This document shows, one piece after another, positions 19,269-29,479 of a stretch of 47,359 nucleotides of DNA. Made by a program: the position numbers and the translations under genes. The stretch spans positions 1 through 47,359 of the forward strand of contig JAZOOW010000103.1 in NCBI GenBank assembly GCA_045655145.1, read 5' to 3'. Numbering within the stretch: position 1 is the first letter of the stretch; the number at the start of each line of letters is the position of its first letter. The notes beneath the pieces are model-generated. The model ran no database searches and was not told the DNA's origin. It saw only the letters and a list, made by a program, of their open reading frames with translations. Source of the DNA: Eubacteriales bacterium. GTDB lineage: Bacteria; Bacillota; Clostridia; Oscillospirales; CAG-272.

Positions 19269-19637
19269 TTACAGAACTTCCGGAGCGAGAGAGAGGATCT
19301 TGGTAAAGTCATGATCGCGGAGCTCTCTTGCTACAGGGCCAAAAATACGGGTGCCTACGGGGGTCTTGTCTTCCTTAATAATAACGGCTGCATTCTCGTC
19401 AAAGCGGATGTAGGAGCCGTCTGCGCGGCGAAGTCCCTTTACGGAACGGACGATAACGGCCTTAACGACCGCGCCCTTCTTCACAACGCCGCCGGGTGCA
19501 GCCTTTTTCACTGCTGCAACCACAATATCGCCGATGTTGGCATAACGGCGGCCGGTGCCACCAAGTACACGAATGCACATCAGCTCTTTTGCGCCGGTGT
19601 TATCGGCGACTTTCATCAATGATTGTTGCTGAATCAC
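19269..19637 (-). CDS. rplN: 50S ribosomal protein L14
   Basis: [27 protein letters not shown]... Confidence 0.97.
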   Translation of the reverse strand: MIQQQSLMKVADNTGAKELMCIRVLGGTGRRYANIGDIVVAAVKKAAPGGVVKKGAVVKAVIVRSVKGLRRADGSYIRFDENAAVIIKEDKTPVGTRIFGPVARELRDHDFTKILSLAPEVL

Positions 19638-19692
19638 TTATTGTTCCTCCTTTTTCGGTAAGCTTTTTGACCTACCTACTGAATTCTTGTGA

Positions 19693-19953
19693 TTATTGTG
19701 CCTTCTCGACGATCTCAACAAGACGCCATCTCTTTGTCTTGGAAAGCGGTCTTGTTTCCATAACGGATACCTTGTCACCCATGCCGCACTGGTTCAGTTC
19801 ATCGTGTGCGCTGATCTTTACCGTGCGTTTGATGATCTTACCGTACTTGGGGTGGCGGACATTGTCCTCGATCGCAACGACGATGGTCTTATCCATCTTG
19901 TTGCTGACGACCTTGCCGACTCTTACTTTTCTGAGCTTTCTGGTTTCAGTCAT
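19693..19953 (-). CDS. rpsQ: 30S ribosomal protein S17
   Basis: ...[31 protein letters not shown]... Confidence 0.96.
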   Translation of the reverse strand: MTETRKLRKVRVGKVVSNKMDKTIVVAIEDNVRHPKYGKIIKRTVKISAHDELNQCGMGDKVSVMETRPLSKTKRWRLVEIVEKAQ

Positions 19954-19968
19954 GTTCTTTTCCTCCCC

Positions 19969-20163
19969 TTATGCATTCGCGCTCTTCTCGTGAAGAACGG
20001 TCATCACACGCGCGATGTCATGCTTTACCTCGCTGATCTTGTGCGGGTTGTCAAGCTGGTTGATGGCGTGTTGGAAACGGAGGTTGAACAGTTCATGCTT
20101 GAGTTCCTTGAGCTTCGCACCGAGCTGCTCGGCGGAAAGTTCTCTGAGTTCACTTGCTTTCAC
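19969..20163 (-). CDS. rpmC: 50S ribosomal protein L29
   Basis: MKASELRELSAEQLGAKLKELKHELFNLRFQ... Confidence 0.95.
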   Translation of the reverse strand: MKASELRELSAEQLGAKLKELKHELFNLRFQHAINQLDNPHKISEVKHDIARVMTVLHEKSANA

Positions 20164-20166
20164 GGC

Positions 20167-20601
20167 TTAACCCTCCAATTCCTGTTTTTCGCAGTCTGCC
20201 TTGGTCATAAACTTGCACTTGATCGGCAGCTTATGGCTGGCAAGACGCATTGCTTCTCTTGCGATATCCTCGGCGATACCGTCCATCTCGAACATCACTC
20301 TGCCCGGCTTTACGACGGCTACCCAGTACTCGGGAGAGCCCTTACCGGAACCCATTCGCGTTTCGGCAGGCTTTTCGGTTATGGGCTTATCGGGGAAGAT
20401 CTTGATCCAAACCTTACCGCCACGCTTGGTGTAACGCGTCATCGCGATACGGGCAGCCTCGATCTGGTTGCTGGTGATCCATGCGGGCTCGGTAGCAACA
20501 AGTGCGTAGGATCCATCGGTGATGGTGTTGCCGCGCATTGCTTTGCCCTTCAGTCTACCGCGCTGCTGACGGCGGTATTTGACTCTCTTCGGCATCAACA
20601 T
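20167..20601 (-). CDS. rplP: 50S ribosomal protein L16
   Basis: [21 protein letters not shown]... Confidence 0.97.
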   Translation of the reverse strand: MLMPKRVKYRRQQRGRLKGKAMRGNTITDGSYALVATEPAWITSNQIEAARIAMTRYTKRGGKVWIKIFPDKPITEKPAETRMGSGKGSPEYWVAVVKPGRVMFEMDGIAEDIAREAMRLASHKLPIKCKFMTKADCEKQELEG

Positions 20602-21368
20602 TACTTGTTACCTCCCTCTGCCTTGTTTCTGTCGCCAAAGCGGCGGCCACCCTGACGGTTGCCATCACGGCGATCACCGTTGTTACGGCGAGGACGGCGG
20701 TCGGGTCTCTCGGGACGCTCAAAACGAGGCGCATTGCTGTCGTTCAGAACCTCACCCTTGTAGATCCATACCTTAACGCCGATCTTACCGTACGTGGTGT
20801 TTGCTTCAAAGAAGCCGTAGTCAATGTCGGCTCTGAGGGTCTGAAGCGGAATAGTACCCTCATGATAGTGCTCGGTACGAGCGATCTCCGCGCCGCCAAG
20901 ACGGCCTGCGCAGGAAACCTTGATACCCTTTGCGCCAAGACGCATGGTGCGGCCGATGGCCAGCTTCATTGCGCGGCGGAAGGATGTTCTCTTTTCGAGC
21001 TGGGAGCAGATGCTCTCAGCAACGAGCTGTGCGTTCAGGTCGGGCGTCTTGATCTCAACAACGTTGACAACTACGGGACGGCCAACGATCTCTTCCAGCT
21101 CAACGCGGAGCTTCTCGATCTCGGCACCGCCGCGGCCGATGACCATACCCGGCTTTGCGCAGTGAATGAACACGCGGACGCGGGCGTTGTCACGCTCGAT
21201 CTCTACCTTCGGAACGCCGGCAGCCTGGAGCTTGTTCTTGAGGTATTTTCTTACCTTGTTATCGGACACCAGAGTATCGCCGAACTTCTCGTCAGACACG
21301 AACCATCTGGAATCCCAACCGCTGATTACGCCTACGCGCAAACCGTGGGGATGAACCTTCTGTCCCAT
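20601..21368 (-). CDS. rpsC: 30S ribosomal protein S3 with an Arg/Gly/Asp-rich C-terminal tail
   Basis: [14 protein letters not shown]..., KH domain, then the tail ...[32 protein letters not shown]... Confidence 0.96.
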   Translation of the reverse strand: MGQKVHPHGLRVGVISGWDSRWFVSDEKFGDTLVSDNKVRKYLKNKLQAAGVPKVEIERDNARVRVFIHCAKPGMVIGRGGAEIEKLRVELEEIVGRPVVVNVVEIKTPDLNAQLVAESICSQLEKRTSFRRAMKLAIGRTMRLGAKGIKVSCAGRLGGAEIARTEHYHEGTIPLQTLRADIDYGFFEANTTYGKIGVKVWIYKGEVLNDSNAPRFERPERPDRRPRRNNGDRRDGNRQGGRRFGDRNKAEGGNK

Positions 21369-21369
21369 A

Positions 21370-21726
21370 TCACACTGCCTCCTTTTCCGAATTCTTCTCT
21401 TTGACGACCAGCGTTACGTGGCTGGTTCTCTTCAAAATGCTGAATGCTCTGCCCTGTGCACGAGGCTGAACTCTTTTCAGAGTCGGACCGGGGCAAACAA
21501 AGCATTCGGATACATACAGGTTCGATGCATCCATATGAAAGTTATGCTCTGCATTCGCAACTGCGCTTTTCAAGAGCTTAATCAGATGCTCCGATGCGGC
21601 CTTGGGCGTATTCTTAAGAATCGCCATGGCAGTATCGGTATCCTTCCCGCGGATCAGATCGAGAACGATCTTTACCTTACGGGGAGAGATTCTCACATAC
21701 TTAAGATGTGCCTTTGCTGCTTCCAT
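21370..21726 (-). CDS. rplV: 50S ribosomal protein L22
   Basis: ...[23 protein letters not shown]... Confidence 0.96.
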   Translation of the reverse strand: MEAAKAHLKYVRISPRKVKIVLDLIRGKDTDTAMAILKNTPKAASEHLIKLLKSAVANAEHNFHMDASNLYVSECFVCPGPTLKRVQPRAQGRAFSILKRTSHVTLVVKEKNSEKEAV

Positions 21727-21744
21727 TAGGCTTTGCCTCCTCTA

Positions 21745-22026
21745 TTATTTACCGTTGTTCGAGGTTTTCGAACCGGCATGTCCCTTGAAGGTACGTGTGG
21801 GTGCGAACTCGCCCAGCTTGTGACCGACCATATCCTCAACAACGTAAACCGGCACGTGCTTCTTACCGTCATGAACGGCAATCGTGTGACCGACAAATTC
21901 CGGGAAGATGGTGGAGGAGCGAGACCAGGTCTTAAGAACCTTCTTTTCACCCTTTTCGTTCATAGCAACGATTCTGTTGAAAAGCTTCTCTTCAACATAA
22001 GGTGCTTTTTTCAGGCTTCTGCTCAT
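21745..22026 (-). CDS. rpsS: 30S ribosomal protein S19
   Basis: [15 protein letters not shown]...[17 protein letters not shown]... Confidence 0.97.
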   Translation of the reverse strand: MSRSLKKAPYVEEKLFNRIVAMNEKGEKKVLKTWSRSSTIFPEFVGHTIAVHDGKKHVPVYVVEDMVGHKLGEFAPTRTFKGHAGSKTSNNGK

Positions 22027-22057
22027 AAGTGTTTCTCCTTCTCAATTCTAAGCGGCA

Positions 22058-22888
22058 TTACTTACCGTTTCTGCGCTTAACGATGAACTTGTTCGTTCTT
22101 GCCTTGCGGCTTCTGGTCTTATAGCCGAGGGCGGGCTTACCCCAGGGGGTAACCGGGCCGGGACGGCCGATCGGGGCGCGGCCCTCACCACCACCGTGGG
22201 GGTGATCACAGGGGTTCATGACCGAACCGCGGACGGTCGGGCGGATACCCATGTGGCGCTTCTTACCGGCCTTACCGATCTTGATGGTATCATGCTCGAT
22301 GTTACCAACCTGACCGATCGTGGCTACACAGTCCAGACGAATGATACGAACCTCACCGGAGGGAAGTCTTACCTGAGCTACGCCATTCTCCTTTGCCATC
22401 AGCTGCGCTGCGGCACCGGCGGAACGAACGAGCTGAGCACCCTTGCCGGGGTAAAGCTCAATGTTGTGAATGAAGGTACCAACGGGGATATTGGCGATCG
22501 GCAGGGTGTTGCCGGGCTTGATATCCGCATCGGGACCGGAGTAGAGAACGTCACCGTCGGTAACACCGGCAGGAGCGATCACATAGCTCTTCTTACCGGC
22601 CTCGGTCTCAAGCAGAGCGATGTAGGCGGTACGGTTAGGATCGTACTCAACGCCGATGACCTTTGCGGCATCGGTATCCTGACGCTTGAAATCGATGATT
22701 CTGTACTTGATCTTGTTACCGCCGCCGTGATGACGAACGGTGATCTTGCCGTAGCTGTTACGGCCTGCATGCTTCTTTTTGGTCGCGATCAGCGACTTCT
22801 CGGGAGCAAACTTGGTTACTTCCTCGAAGGAGGGGCTGACCATGTGACGACGGGAAGGTGTCGTCGGCTTATACTTCATCGTAGGCAT
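22058..22888 (-). CDS. rplB: 50S ribosomal protein L2
   Basis: [16 protein letters not shown]... ATG at 22888 after GGGAGGA. The track ORF extends 7 codons upstream. Confidence 0.96.
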   Translation of the reverse strand: MPTMKYKPTTPSRRHMVSPSFEEVTKFAPEKSLIATKKKHAGRNSYGKITVRHHGGGNKIKYRIIDFKRQDTDAAKVIGVEYDPNRTAYIALLETEAGKKSYVIAPAGVTDGDVLYSGPDADIKPGNTLPIANIPVGTFIHNIELYPGKGAQLVRSAGAAAQLMAKENGVAQVRLPSGEVRIIRLDCVATIGQVGNIEHDTIKIGKAGKKRHMGIRPTVRGSVMNPCDHPHGGGEGRAPIGRPGPVTPWGKPALGYKTRSRKARTNKFIVKRRNGK

Positions 22889-22905
22889 TCTTCTATCCTC
22901 CCAAC

Positions 22906-23202
22906 TCAATTCATGCTGTCAAAGAACGCAATGCTCTTCGACTCGGATGTGAGGGTAACGATCGCTTTCTTCCATGCACTCTTGAAGCCGGTGTGCACGC
23001 CGTAGCGCGTAGCCTTCTTCTTGACGTTGATGGTGCGAACATTCTCAACCTGAACACCGAACATTTCTTCCACCGCACGGGCGATCTCGGGCTTGGTTGC
23101 GTCCTTAGCAACACGGAAGGTATAGCACTTGTTTGCAACGCCGTCCATGCTTCTCTCGGTGATGACCGGCTTTACAATGATGTTTTCAACAGACTTCATC
23201 AT
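22906..23202 (-). CDS. rplW: 50S ribosomal protein L23
   Basis: ...[43 protein letters not shown]... Confidence 0.96.
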   Translation of the reverse strand: MMKSVENIIVKPVITERSMDGVANKCYTFRVAKDATKPEIARAVEEMFGVQVENVRTINVKKKATRYGVHTGFKSAWKKAIVTLTSESKSIAFFDSMN

Positions 23203-23825
23203 TTCGTATATACCTCCTCGATCTTCTCAACGGCACCCTTTGCAAGAATGCAGGTATCGCAATTCAGAATGTCGTATACGTTGATGGCGTTATACACAGC
23301 AGTCTTAACGCCGGGGATGTTGGCGCAGCTCTTGACGACCATAGCATCTGCCTCGGGCAGAACGATGAGAGATTTCTTTGCAGCACCTACGGCACTGAGC
23401 ATAGCCACCATCTCACGGGTCTTGTATGCGCTTGCGGTGATCGCATCAATGATCACCATCTCGCCACCGGCGACCTTAGAGGAGAGCGCGCTAAAGAGAG
23501 CAATGCGCTTTTCCTTCTTGTTCATCGACATACGGTAAGAACGGGGCTTCGGGCCGAGTGCCACACCACCGTGCGTCCACTGAGGAGCGCGGGTAGAGCC
23601 CTGTCTTGCGCGGCCTGTGCCCTTCTGCTTCCAGGGCTTCTTGCCGCCGCCGGATACCTCGGTACGCGTCAGCGTAGACTGAGTACCCTGTCTCTGGTTG
23701 GCGAGATATGCCTTAACGGCGGTGTGGAGAACGGAGCCGTTGACGCTTGCGCCGAAAATCATATCGGACAGCTCGATCGTGCCGACTTCCTTGCCCGCCA
23801 TATCTACAACTTTCATATTAGGCAT
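23199..23825 (-). CDS. rplD: 50S ribosomal protein L4 (internal SD/ATG inside the continuous L3-L4 ORF)
   Basis: [21 protein letters not shown]...[19 protein letters not shown]... ATG at 23825 is preceded by GGAAGGAGG. 208 aa, typical L4 size. Confidence 0.9.
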   Translation of the reverse strand: MPNMKVVDMAGKEVGTIELSDMIFGASVNGSVLHTAVKAYLANQRQGTQSTLTRTEVSGGGKKPWKQKGTGRARQGSTRAPQWTHGGVALGPKPRSYRMSMNKKEKRIALFSALSSKVAGGEMVIIDAITASAYKTREMVAMLSAVGAAKKSLIVLPEADAMVVKSCANIPGVKTAVYNAINVYDILNCDTCILAKGAVEKIEEVYTK

Positions 23826-24473
23826 TGTGTTTTCCTCCTTCCGTTTTGCTTTCACCGAATCACGGATGAATACGATACCGCCCTTTGCACCGGGAACAGC
23901 ACCCTTCACTGCGATCAGGTTCTTTTCTTGGTCAATTTTTACAACGGCAAGGTTCAGAACCGTAACCTGCTCGTTACCGTACTGACCGGCCATCTTCTTG
24001 TTCTTGTAAACGCGGGACGGCGTGGAGTTTGCACCCATAGAACCAACCTGACGGTGGATCGGGCCTACGCCGTGAGTTGCGCCGAGCGTATGATGGTTCC
24101 ATCTCTTGATCGCGCCCGTGTAGCCGCGGCCCTTGGTTATACCGGTAATGTCGACCTTCTCGCCTGCGGCGAAGGTATCGACGGATATAACATCACCGAC
24201 GTTTGCCGAGCAATCGTCAAGACGGAATTCCTTAAGATACTTCTTTGCGCTGATACCGGCCTTCTTGAAGTGGCCGGCCTTTGCCTTGTTTACAAGCTTT
24301 TCCTTCATCTCGCCGTATGCGAGCTGAAGCGCGTTGTAGCCGTCGTTTTCAACGGTCTTCTTCTGTGCTACTGCACAGGGGCCTGCTTCGATGAGGGTTA
24401 CGGGAATGACGTTTCCCTTCTCATCAAAGATCTGGGTCATACCGATTTTCTTTCCGATAATGCCTTTTTTCAT
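23199..24473 (-). CDS. rplC: 50S ribosomal protein L3; the ORF has no stop and continues in frame through rplD (the L3-homologous part is approx 23826..24473)
   Basis: [26 protein letters not shown]... ATG at 24473 after GGAGGAAG. The first in-frame stop is the rplD stop at 23199. I re-translated the junction by hand. Confidence 0.85.
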   Translation of the reverse strand: MKKGIIGKKIGMTQIFDEKGNVIPVTLIEAGPCAVAQKKTVENDGYNALQLAYGEMKEKLVNKAKAGHFKKAGISAKKYLKEFRLDDCSANVGDVISVDTFAAGEKVDITGITKGRGYTGAIKRWNHHTLGATHGVGPIHRQVGSMGANSTPSRVYKNKKMAGQYGNEQVTVLNLAVVKIDQEKNLIAVKGAVPGAKGGIVFIRDSVKAKRKEENTMPNMKVVDMAGKEVGTIELSDMIFGASVNGSVLHTAVKAYLANQRQGTQSTLTRTEVSGGGKKPWKQKGTGRARQGSTRAPQWTHGGVALGPKPRSYRMSMNKKEKRIALFSALSSKVAGGEMVIIDAITASAYKTREMVAMLSAVGAAKKSLIVLPEADAMVVKSCANIPGVKTAVYNAINVYDILNCDTCILAKGAVEKIEEVYTK

Positions 24474-24586
24474 AACTTCCTCCATTAGGTTATTGGTTGA
24501 CATGTTGGATTATCGTGCTTGGCACGGTGATGTCAACTTGACCGCGAGGGCATGCGGAACCCCGACCGTCGGGGCAAGGGGGTGTT

Positions 24587-24898
24587 TTACGCTTTGATCT
24601 CGATCTCCACGCCTGCGGGAAGCTCGATGCTCATGAGAGCCTCAATGGTCTTCTGTGCAGGGTTGAGAATGTCGATCAGGCGCTTGTGCGTCCGCGTCTC
24701 AAACTGCTCACGGCTGTCCTTGTACTTATGAACAGCACGCAGGATCGTAACGATCTCCTTCTCAGTGGGAAGCGGAATGGGACCGGAAACGGCGCTGCCG
24801 TTTCTCTTAGCGATTTCCACGACCTTCTCCGCTGCGGCGTCGACGAGGGTGTGGTCAAAGCTCTTCAGTCTGACTCTGATTTTCTCTTTTGCTGCCAT
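24587..24898 (-). CDS. rpsJ: 30S ribosomal protein S10
   Basis: [28 protein letters not shown]... ATG at 24898 after AAGGAGGAAAAACCC. The track ORF extends upstream in frame. Confidence 0.96.
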   Translation of the reverse strand: MAAKEKIRVRLKSFDHTLVDAAAEKVVEIAKRNGSAVSGPIPLPTEKEIVTILRAVHKYKDSREQFETRTHKRLIDILNPAQKTIEALMSIELPAGVEIEIKA

Positions 24899-25138
24899 GG
24901 GTTTTTCCTCCTTTTCCTTTTTGGTGGGGGTCAGCTCATTCACACAGTGCCGGGCGTTTCTTTTCCGCCCTTACAAAATCCGGGAAATCTGCCGCACAGA
25001 TCCACCCGGTAGGGAAAGCACTGCATCCGCCCCCCAAAAAGGAGCCGGAAGTCTTGCTGTCGCCCGGTTAAATATCGGACATACTCCACGAAAATTACCC
25101 GCTTTCGCGGCAACCTCTCGCTTCATCGCATATCAAGC
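24899..25138 (-). promoter_or_regulatory. Approx 240-nt structured 5' leader of the S10 operon
   Basis: Lies between the promoter at 25145..25173 and the rpsJ SD. Contains several clear stem-loops on the - strand: CCGC-GAAA-GCGG, CCGGGTGGATCTG-TGCGG-CAGATTTCCCGG, and GGGCG-GAAAAGAAA-CGCCC. Its function is inferred only from position. Confidence 0.45.
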
Positions 25139-25144
25139 CTTTTC

Positions 25145-25173
25145 ATTATACAGCATTTTCCCTTCTTTTGCAA
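25145..25173 (-). promoter_or_regulatory. Sigma-70-type promoter of the S10-spc-alpha superoperon
   Basis: On the - strand: TTGCAA (25173..25168), 17 nt, TATAAT (25150..25145). An AT-rich phased-tract region lies immediately upstream. Confidence 0.65.
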
Positions 25174-25657
25174 GGGGTCTATTCGTTTTTTTCAAAATTA
25201 TATGTAGAATTTTTCTTAATTTTTCGGTTGGTTTTTGTGCAATTTGTATAAATTTACCCGTTTTTTCCTGTTTTTTTGCGTTTTTTGCATCCGTTGTGCA
25301 AAAAATCCGCCTTTTTACGTCGCAAAATGAGGCAAAAAGAGAAAGAAAACGGCTCTTTTTACGCAAAGGCCTCCCCCTCGCGCGCGCGTATATATAAAGG
25401 ATGGTTTTCAGCGTGCCGCGCTGGCTCCGCTATCCGATCGGCATCCCCCATGCTCCGCCCGAAAACGCAGAAGGGAGGACACATTTCTTTCACGCCCCCT
25501 TCTTTTTGAATAAAATTTGCAAAAACCTCCAATTGTATACATTTTGTTAACAAAATTGTTGTACAATATAGGTGTTATCCGTTTTATCGGGTAACCCGAA
25601 GCATAACCGATTCCGTTGGTGCACACGCTTGGCACCCCTGTTATTCAAAGAGGTTAT

Positions 25658-26746
25658 ATGAAAAAGGACAAAACCAAGGTCATTCCCACAGCAGCCGTAG
25701 TCATCGCGCTGTTTTTTTCTCTGCTTGGCATCCTGCTCCGTTCTCTTTCTCTTTTCGGAGCCTATCATGCCGACACCGGTTACTATGATCCCACGAGCAT
25801 TCTGCCATCTGCCTTTGCGATACTCACCGCAGCCTTCATCCCGATCATCATTCTGCTTGCTATTGTTTTCAGAAAATCCCTACTGGAGCCGATGTGGACA
25901 AACGGAATCTCTCTACTTTTTTCCTCGGCACTTTTAGCCCTTACGCTTTTGGTTTATGCCATATCCGTCTGCATCAGCCTGCCCGCGCAAACCGATGCGT
26001 ATGTTGCAACGCTCTCCGCGCTGGCGGCGATCTTTGCGATCATGTTTTTGGTCTATCTCTCCTATACGCTCTTTGGCCGCGAGCTTAAGCATGAGGGGCT
26101 GCGCCCTTATCTGCCATTTGCGCTTGCCCTTTACGCGCTCCTTGTCGCGGTTGCTCTCTATTTTGACAAAGCAACCCAAATGAACCACCCCCCAAAGAAC
26201 CTGCACATGGTGGCCTTTATTGCGCTTTCCTGCTATGCAATGTGCGAAGCACGGCACCTTTTGAGGCGTCTTAAAAGGTCTGTCGCCTATGTCGTAACCT
26301 CGCTTGCGCTCTTCTTCACGGGCGCGGCCTCCCTGCCCAACATCATTTACAGCATTGCCACCAATCGCATCCTTGTCATGTCCCCCGTCCACGATTTTGC
26401 TCTGCTGGCCGCTTTCCTGTATCTTCTGACGCGTCTGTTGCAGATGCTTCCCTACAAGATACCCTCCCTGCACCCCATGGCTACGACACTCTCCGCGCGC
26501 GAGCAGCAGGCGGCCGAGGAAACCGTGACCGAGGTCGAGGACCCTACAAAATCGGAAGGCTTTGCAGAGGATGCAGAAAATCCGGCCGAAGTGCCCAAGC
26601 GCACAAGAAAGAAATCCGATGACACGCCTGTAGCAGAGCCCGAAGCTCCCGAAAGCGCACAATCCGAAGAGAAAAAGGGCCGTTTGAAAAAAGATCCGCC
26701 CGATGAAGAGAGGCTTGACGGGCAGTCCTCTCCCCAAGAAGAATGA
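25658..26746 (+). CDS. Hypothetical multi-pass membrane protein with a disordered acidic/charged C-terminal tail
   Basis: ATG at 25658 after AAAGAGG. About 8 hydrophobic helices, then ~90 aa rich in E/P/A/K. I recognise no family. Confidence 0.6.
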   Translation: MKKDKTKVIPTAAVVIALFFSLLGILLRSLSLFGAYHADTGYYDPTSILPSAFAILTAAFIPIIILLAIVFRKSLLEPMWTNGISLLFSSALLALTLLVYAISVCISLPAQTDAYVATLSALAAIFAIMFLVYLSYTLFGRELKHEGLRPYLPFALALYALLVAVALYFDKATQMNHPPKNLHMVAFIALSCYAMCEARHLLRRLKRSVAYVVTSLALFFTGAASLPNIIYSIATNRILVMSPVHDFALLAAFLYLLTRLLQMLPYKIPSLHPMATTLSAREQQAAEETVTEVEDPTKSEGFAEDAENPAEVPKRTRKKSDDTPVAEPEAPESAQSEEKKGRLKKDPPDEERLDGQSSPQEE

Positions 26747-26807
26747 TGCGTGCCGCAAGCACGCCATGCCTTTCGGGCAAAGATAACACCAATACAAAAT
26801 TCCATCA

Positions 26808-26834
26808 GGACAAGGGGGAGCTTCCCCCTTGTCC
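26808..26834 (+). terminator. GC-rich stem-loop downstream of the membrane protein gene (no U-run)
   Basis: GGACAAGGGGG-AGCTT-CCCCCTTGTCC. It directly precedes the polA SD, so it could be a terminator or attenuator. Confidence 0.4.
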
Positions 26835-26852
26835 CTGCAAAAGGGGAAGTGT

Positions 26853-29438
26853 ATGAAAAGCATTCTCGTCATTGACGGAAACAGCATCCTCAACCGCGCC
26901 TTTTACGGCATCCGCGCCCTCACAAACAAGGACGGGCGTTTTACCAATGCCATCTACGGCCTTGTAAACGTCCTCCACCGCGAGCTTGCAAGGATCAAGC
27001 CGGACTATGCCGTGATCGCCTTTGATCGCCACGCCCCCACCTTCCGCAAAAAGATGTACGAGCCCTACAAGGCCAACCGCCACGGCATGCCCGAGGAGCT
27101 TCACGCCCAGCTTGATGATGCCAAGCTCTGTGCCGAGCTGATGGGACTTTGCCGTCTGGAAATAGACGGCTACGAGGCGGACGACATTCTTGGCACGGTG
27201 GCCGCCTTTGCTGACGCAGGCGAGGATCTCCACGCCTACATTTTATCGGGTGACCGCGATCTTTTACAGCTCATCTCACCGCACGTGACCGTGCTCCTTG
27301 CAGGAAATGCGGAGACCGCGCCTTATGACCGCGATGCATTTTTTGAGAAATACGGCATTGAGCCCTGTCAGCTTGTAGAGCTTAAGGCACTCATGGGTGA
27401 CTCCTCGGACAATATCCCCGGTGTTCCCGGTGTTGGCGAAAAAACAGCCCTGCGCTTGATTTCTGCCTACAAAACACTGGAGGGCGTATACGAGAATCTG
27501 GATGCGCCCGACATCACCAAGGGCCTGCGTGCCAAGCTGGAGGCCGGACGCGAGCTTGCCGAGATCTCCCGCACGCTGGCGACCATCGTACGGGATGCGC
27601 CCATCGAAAAATCGCTCTCCGAGCTTGCCTTCCGCGGTACAGACCGCAAGGGGCTCCGTGATAAATTTATAGAGCTTGAATTTTCTGCTCTGCTCCGCAA
27701 ATTTCATCTGGAGGGAGCAGATCAAGAAACACCTGCTCCCGATACAGAGAAAAACGGCACCGCAGACGCCCCCCTGCCGCCAAGCAGCACCGACGCAGAG
27801 AAGGCAAGTGCCCCCTCCTATACCGCGGCAACAGCCGCAGAGGTCCTTGCGGCATGCGGAGACAACGCCGTTTCTGTGTTGCTCATGGACGAGCTTCTCT
27901 ATCTTTCGGTCGGCAAACGTCATTTTTCTCTGCCGTTTGATGAAATCTCCGCCCTTGCACCCTTGTTTGACGGAACGCACACGCTTCTCGTTTATGACGG
28001 AAAGGCTCTCTTTCATTTTCTTTCGCGCCACGGTGTCGCCTTACGTGGCATCCCCCGCGACCTGATGCTGTATGCCTATGTCATCGATGCGCATAGCGGC
28101 ACTGTTCCGCTTTCCACGCTGATTACCGCCTATCTCGGTGAAAGCATTGGCGAAGCCACCCCCTGCACGCACCTGTTTTTTGCCCTGGAGGCCGCCTTAT
28201 CTGCGCGTATTGCCGCCGCAAGCGCGACCGTCCTTCTTGAGGAGATCGAGCTTCCCCTCGCGATGCTTCTTGCGCGCATGGAGACACACGGCTTTAAGAT
28301 AGACCGTGCAGGCCTTGCCGATTTCAAGGAGCAGCTTGAGACCGCCATGAATACGCTGATGGAGCGCATTTACGATATGGCAGGTGGTTCCTTCAACATC
28401 AATTCTCCCAAGCAGCTCGGACATGTACTCTTTGAAAAGCTGGGGCTTCCCGCCCTCAAAAAAACAAAAAGCGGATATTCCACCGACGTGGAGGTACTGA
28501 CGCAGCTGCGTGCCATTCATCCCATCGTCGGAGAGATTCTGGATTACCGCCAGATTGCCAAGCTGTACGCCACCTATGCCGTAGCACTTCTCCGCGAAGC
28601 CGATGAAAACGACCGCCTGCACACCGATTTCAAGCAATCGCTGACTGCCACGGGCCGTCTTTCCTCTGCGGAGCCGAACCTGCAGAACATCCCCATCCGC
28701 ACCGAGCTTGGACGGGAGATGCGCCGCTTCTTTATTCCCGAGAACCAGAACTACGTATTGGTCGATGCCGACTATTCTCAAATAGAGCTCCGTCTTTTGG
28801 CGCACATGGCGAACGACACCCGTATGCTGAAGGCCTTTTCCGACGGCGCGGACATTCATGCGGCCACAGCCGCAGAGGTCTTTGGCGTTGCCCCCGACGA
28901 GGTCACGCCCACCCTGCGCTCCCGTGCCAAGGCGGTCAATTTTGGGATCGTTTACGGAATCGGTGCGTTTTCCCTGGCGGGAGATCTCGGCATCACAACC
29001 GGACAGGCAAAGGCGTATATTGACTCTTATCTCGCAACCTATCCGGGCATTGCCACCTATATGCACGACGCGGTAGAATCAGCACGGGAAAGCGGGTATG
29101 CCGTCACCCTGTACGGCCGCCGCCGCAGCATTCCCGAATTGCGTGTCACGAACAAAAACACCCAAAAATTCGGCGAGCGCGTGGCTATGAACAGTCCCCT
29201 GCAGGGAACCGCCGCCGACATCATCAAGATTGCCATGCTTCGCGTTGACCGCCGCCTTGCAGAGGAAGGTCTGGATGCCCGCCTTGTCATGCAGGTGCAT
29301 GACGAGCTGATCGTAGAGGCGCATCGCTCGGTGGCTGACCGTGTAGCGGCACTGCTCCGTGAGGAAATGGAAAATGCCGCTTCCCTTTCGGTCAAGCTCA
29401 CAGTGGATGTTTCTATAAATGAAACCTGGCTTTTTTGA
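26853..29438 (+). CDS. polA: DNA polymerase I
   Basis: 5' nuclease domain (LVIDGNSILNRAFYG, GYEADDILGT, GDSSDNIPGVPGVGEKTA). Pol motifs A (DYSQIELRLLAH), B (RSRAKAVNFGIVYG) and C (QVHDEL). The central domain lacks an obvious DxE ExoI motif. ATG at 26853. Confidence 0.95.
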   Translation: MKSILVIDGNSILNRAFYGIRALTNKDGRFTNAIYGLVNVLHRELARIKPDYAVIAFDRHAPTFRKKMYEPYKANRHGMPEELHAQLDDAKLCAELMGLCRLEIDGYEADDILGTVAAFADAGEDLHAYILSGDRDLLQLISPHVTVLLAGNAETAPYDRDAFFEKYGIEPCQLVELKALMGDSSDNIPGVPGVGEKTALRLISAYKTLEGVYENLDAPDITKGLRAKLEAGRELAEISRTLATIVRDAPIEKSLSELAFRGTDRKGLRDKFIELEFSALLRKFHLEGADQETPAPDTEKNGTADAPLPPSSTDAEKASAPSYTAATAAEVLAACGDNAVSVLLMDELLYLSVGKRHFSLPFDEISALAPLFDGTHTLLVYDGKALFHFLSRHGVALRGIPRDLMLYAYVIDAHSGTVPLSTLITAYLGESIGEATPCTHLFFALEAALSARIAAASATVLLEEIELPLAMLLARMETHGFKIDRAGLADFKEQLETAMNTLMERIYDMAGGSFNINSPKQLGHVLFEKLGLPALKKTKSGYSTDVEVLTQLRAIHPIVGEILDYRQIAKLYATYAVALLREADENDRLHTDFKQSLTATGRLSSAEPNLQNIPIRTELGREMRRFFIPENQNYVLVDADYSQIELRLLAHMANDTRMLKAFSDGADIHAATAAEVFGVAPDEVTPTLRSRAKAVNFGIVYGIGAFSLAGDLGITTGQAKAYIDSYLATYPGIATYMHDAVESARESGYAVTLYGRRRSIPELRVTNKNTQKFGERVAMNSPLQGTAADIIKIAMLRVDRRLAEEGLDARLVMQVHDELIVEAHRSVADRVAALLREEMENAASLSVKLTVDVSINETWLF

Positions 29439-29479
29439 CCGTATTTCTACCAAAAAACAGCCTTATGCGCAAAAAAAGA

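Noticed and set aside
25133-25553. Small ORFs (77, 77 and 64 aa) inside the 760-bp region between rpsJ and the membrane protein gene.
   Set aside because: They overlap the S10 promoter and the AT-tract region, have very biased low-complexity composition (K-rich or R/S-rich), and lack an SD. They are more plausibly non-coding regulatory DNA.
27700-28100. PolA central domain lacks the DxE (ExoI) proofreading motif.
   Set aside because: Exo-deficient Pol I (Bst/Taq-like) is common in Firmicutes and Thermus, so this is not unusual enough to report as a finding.
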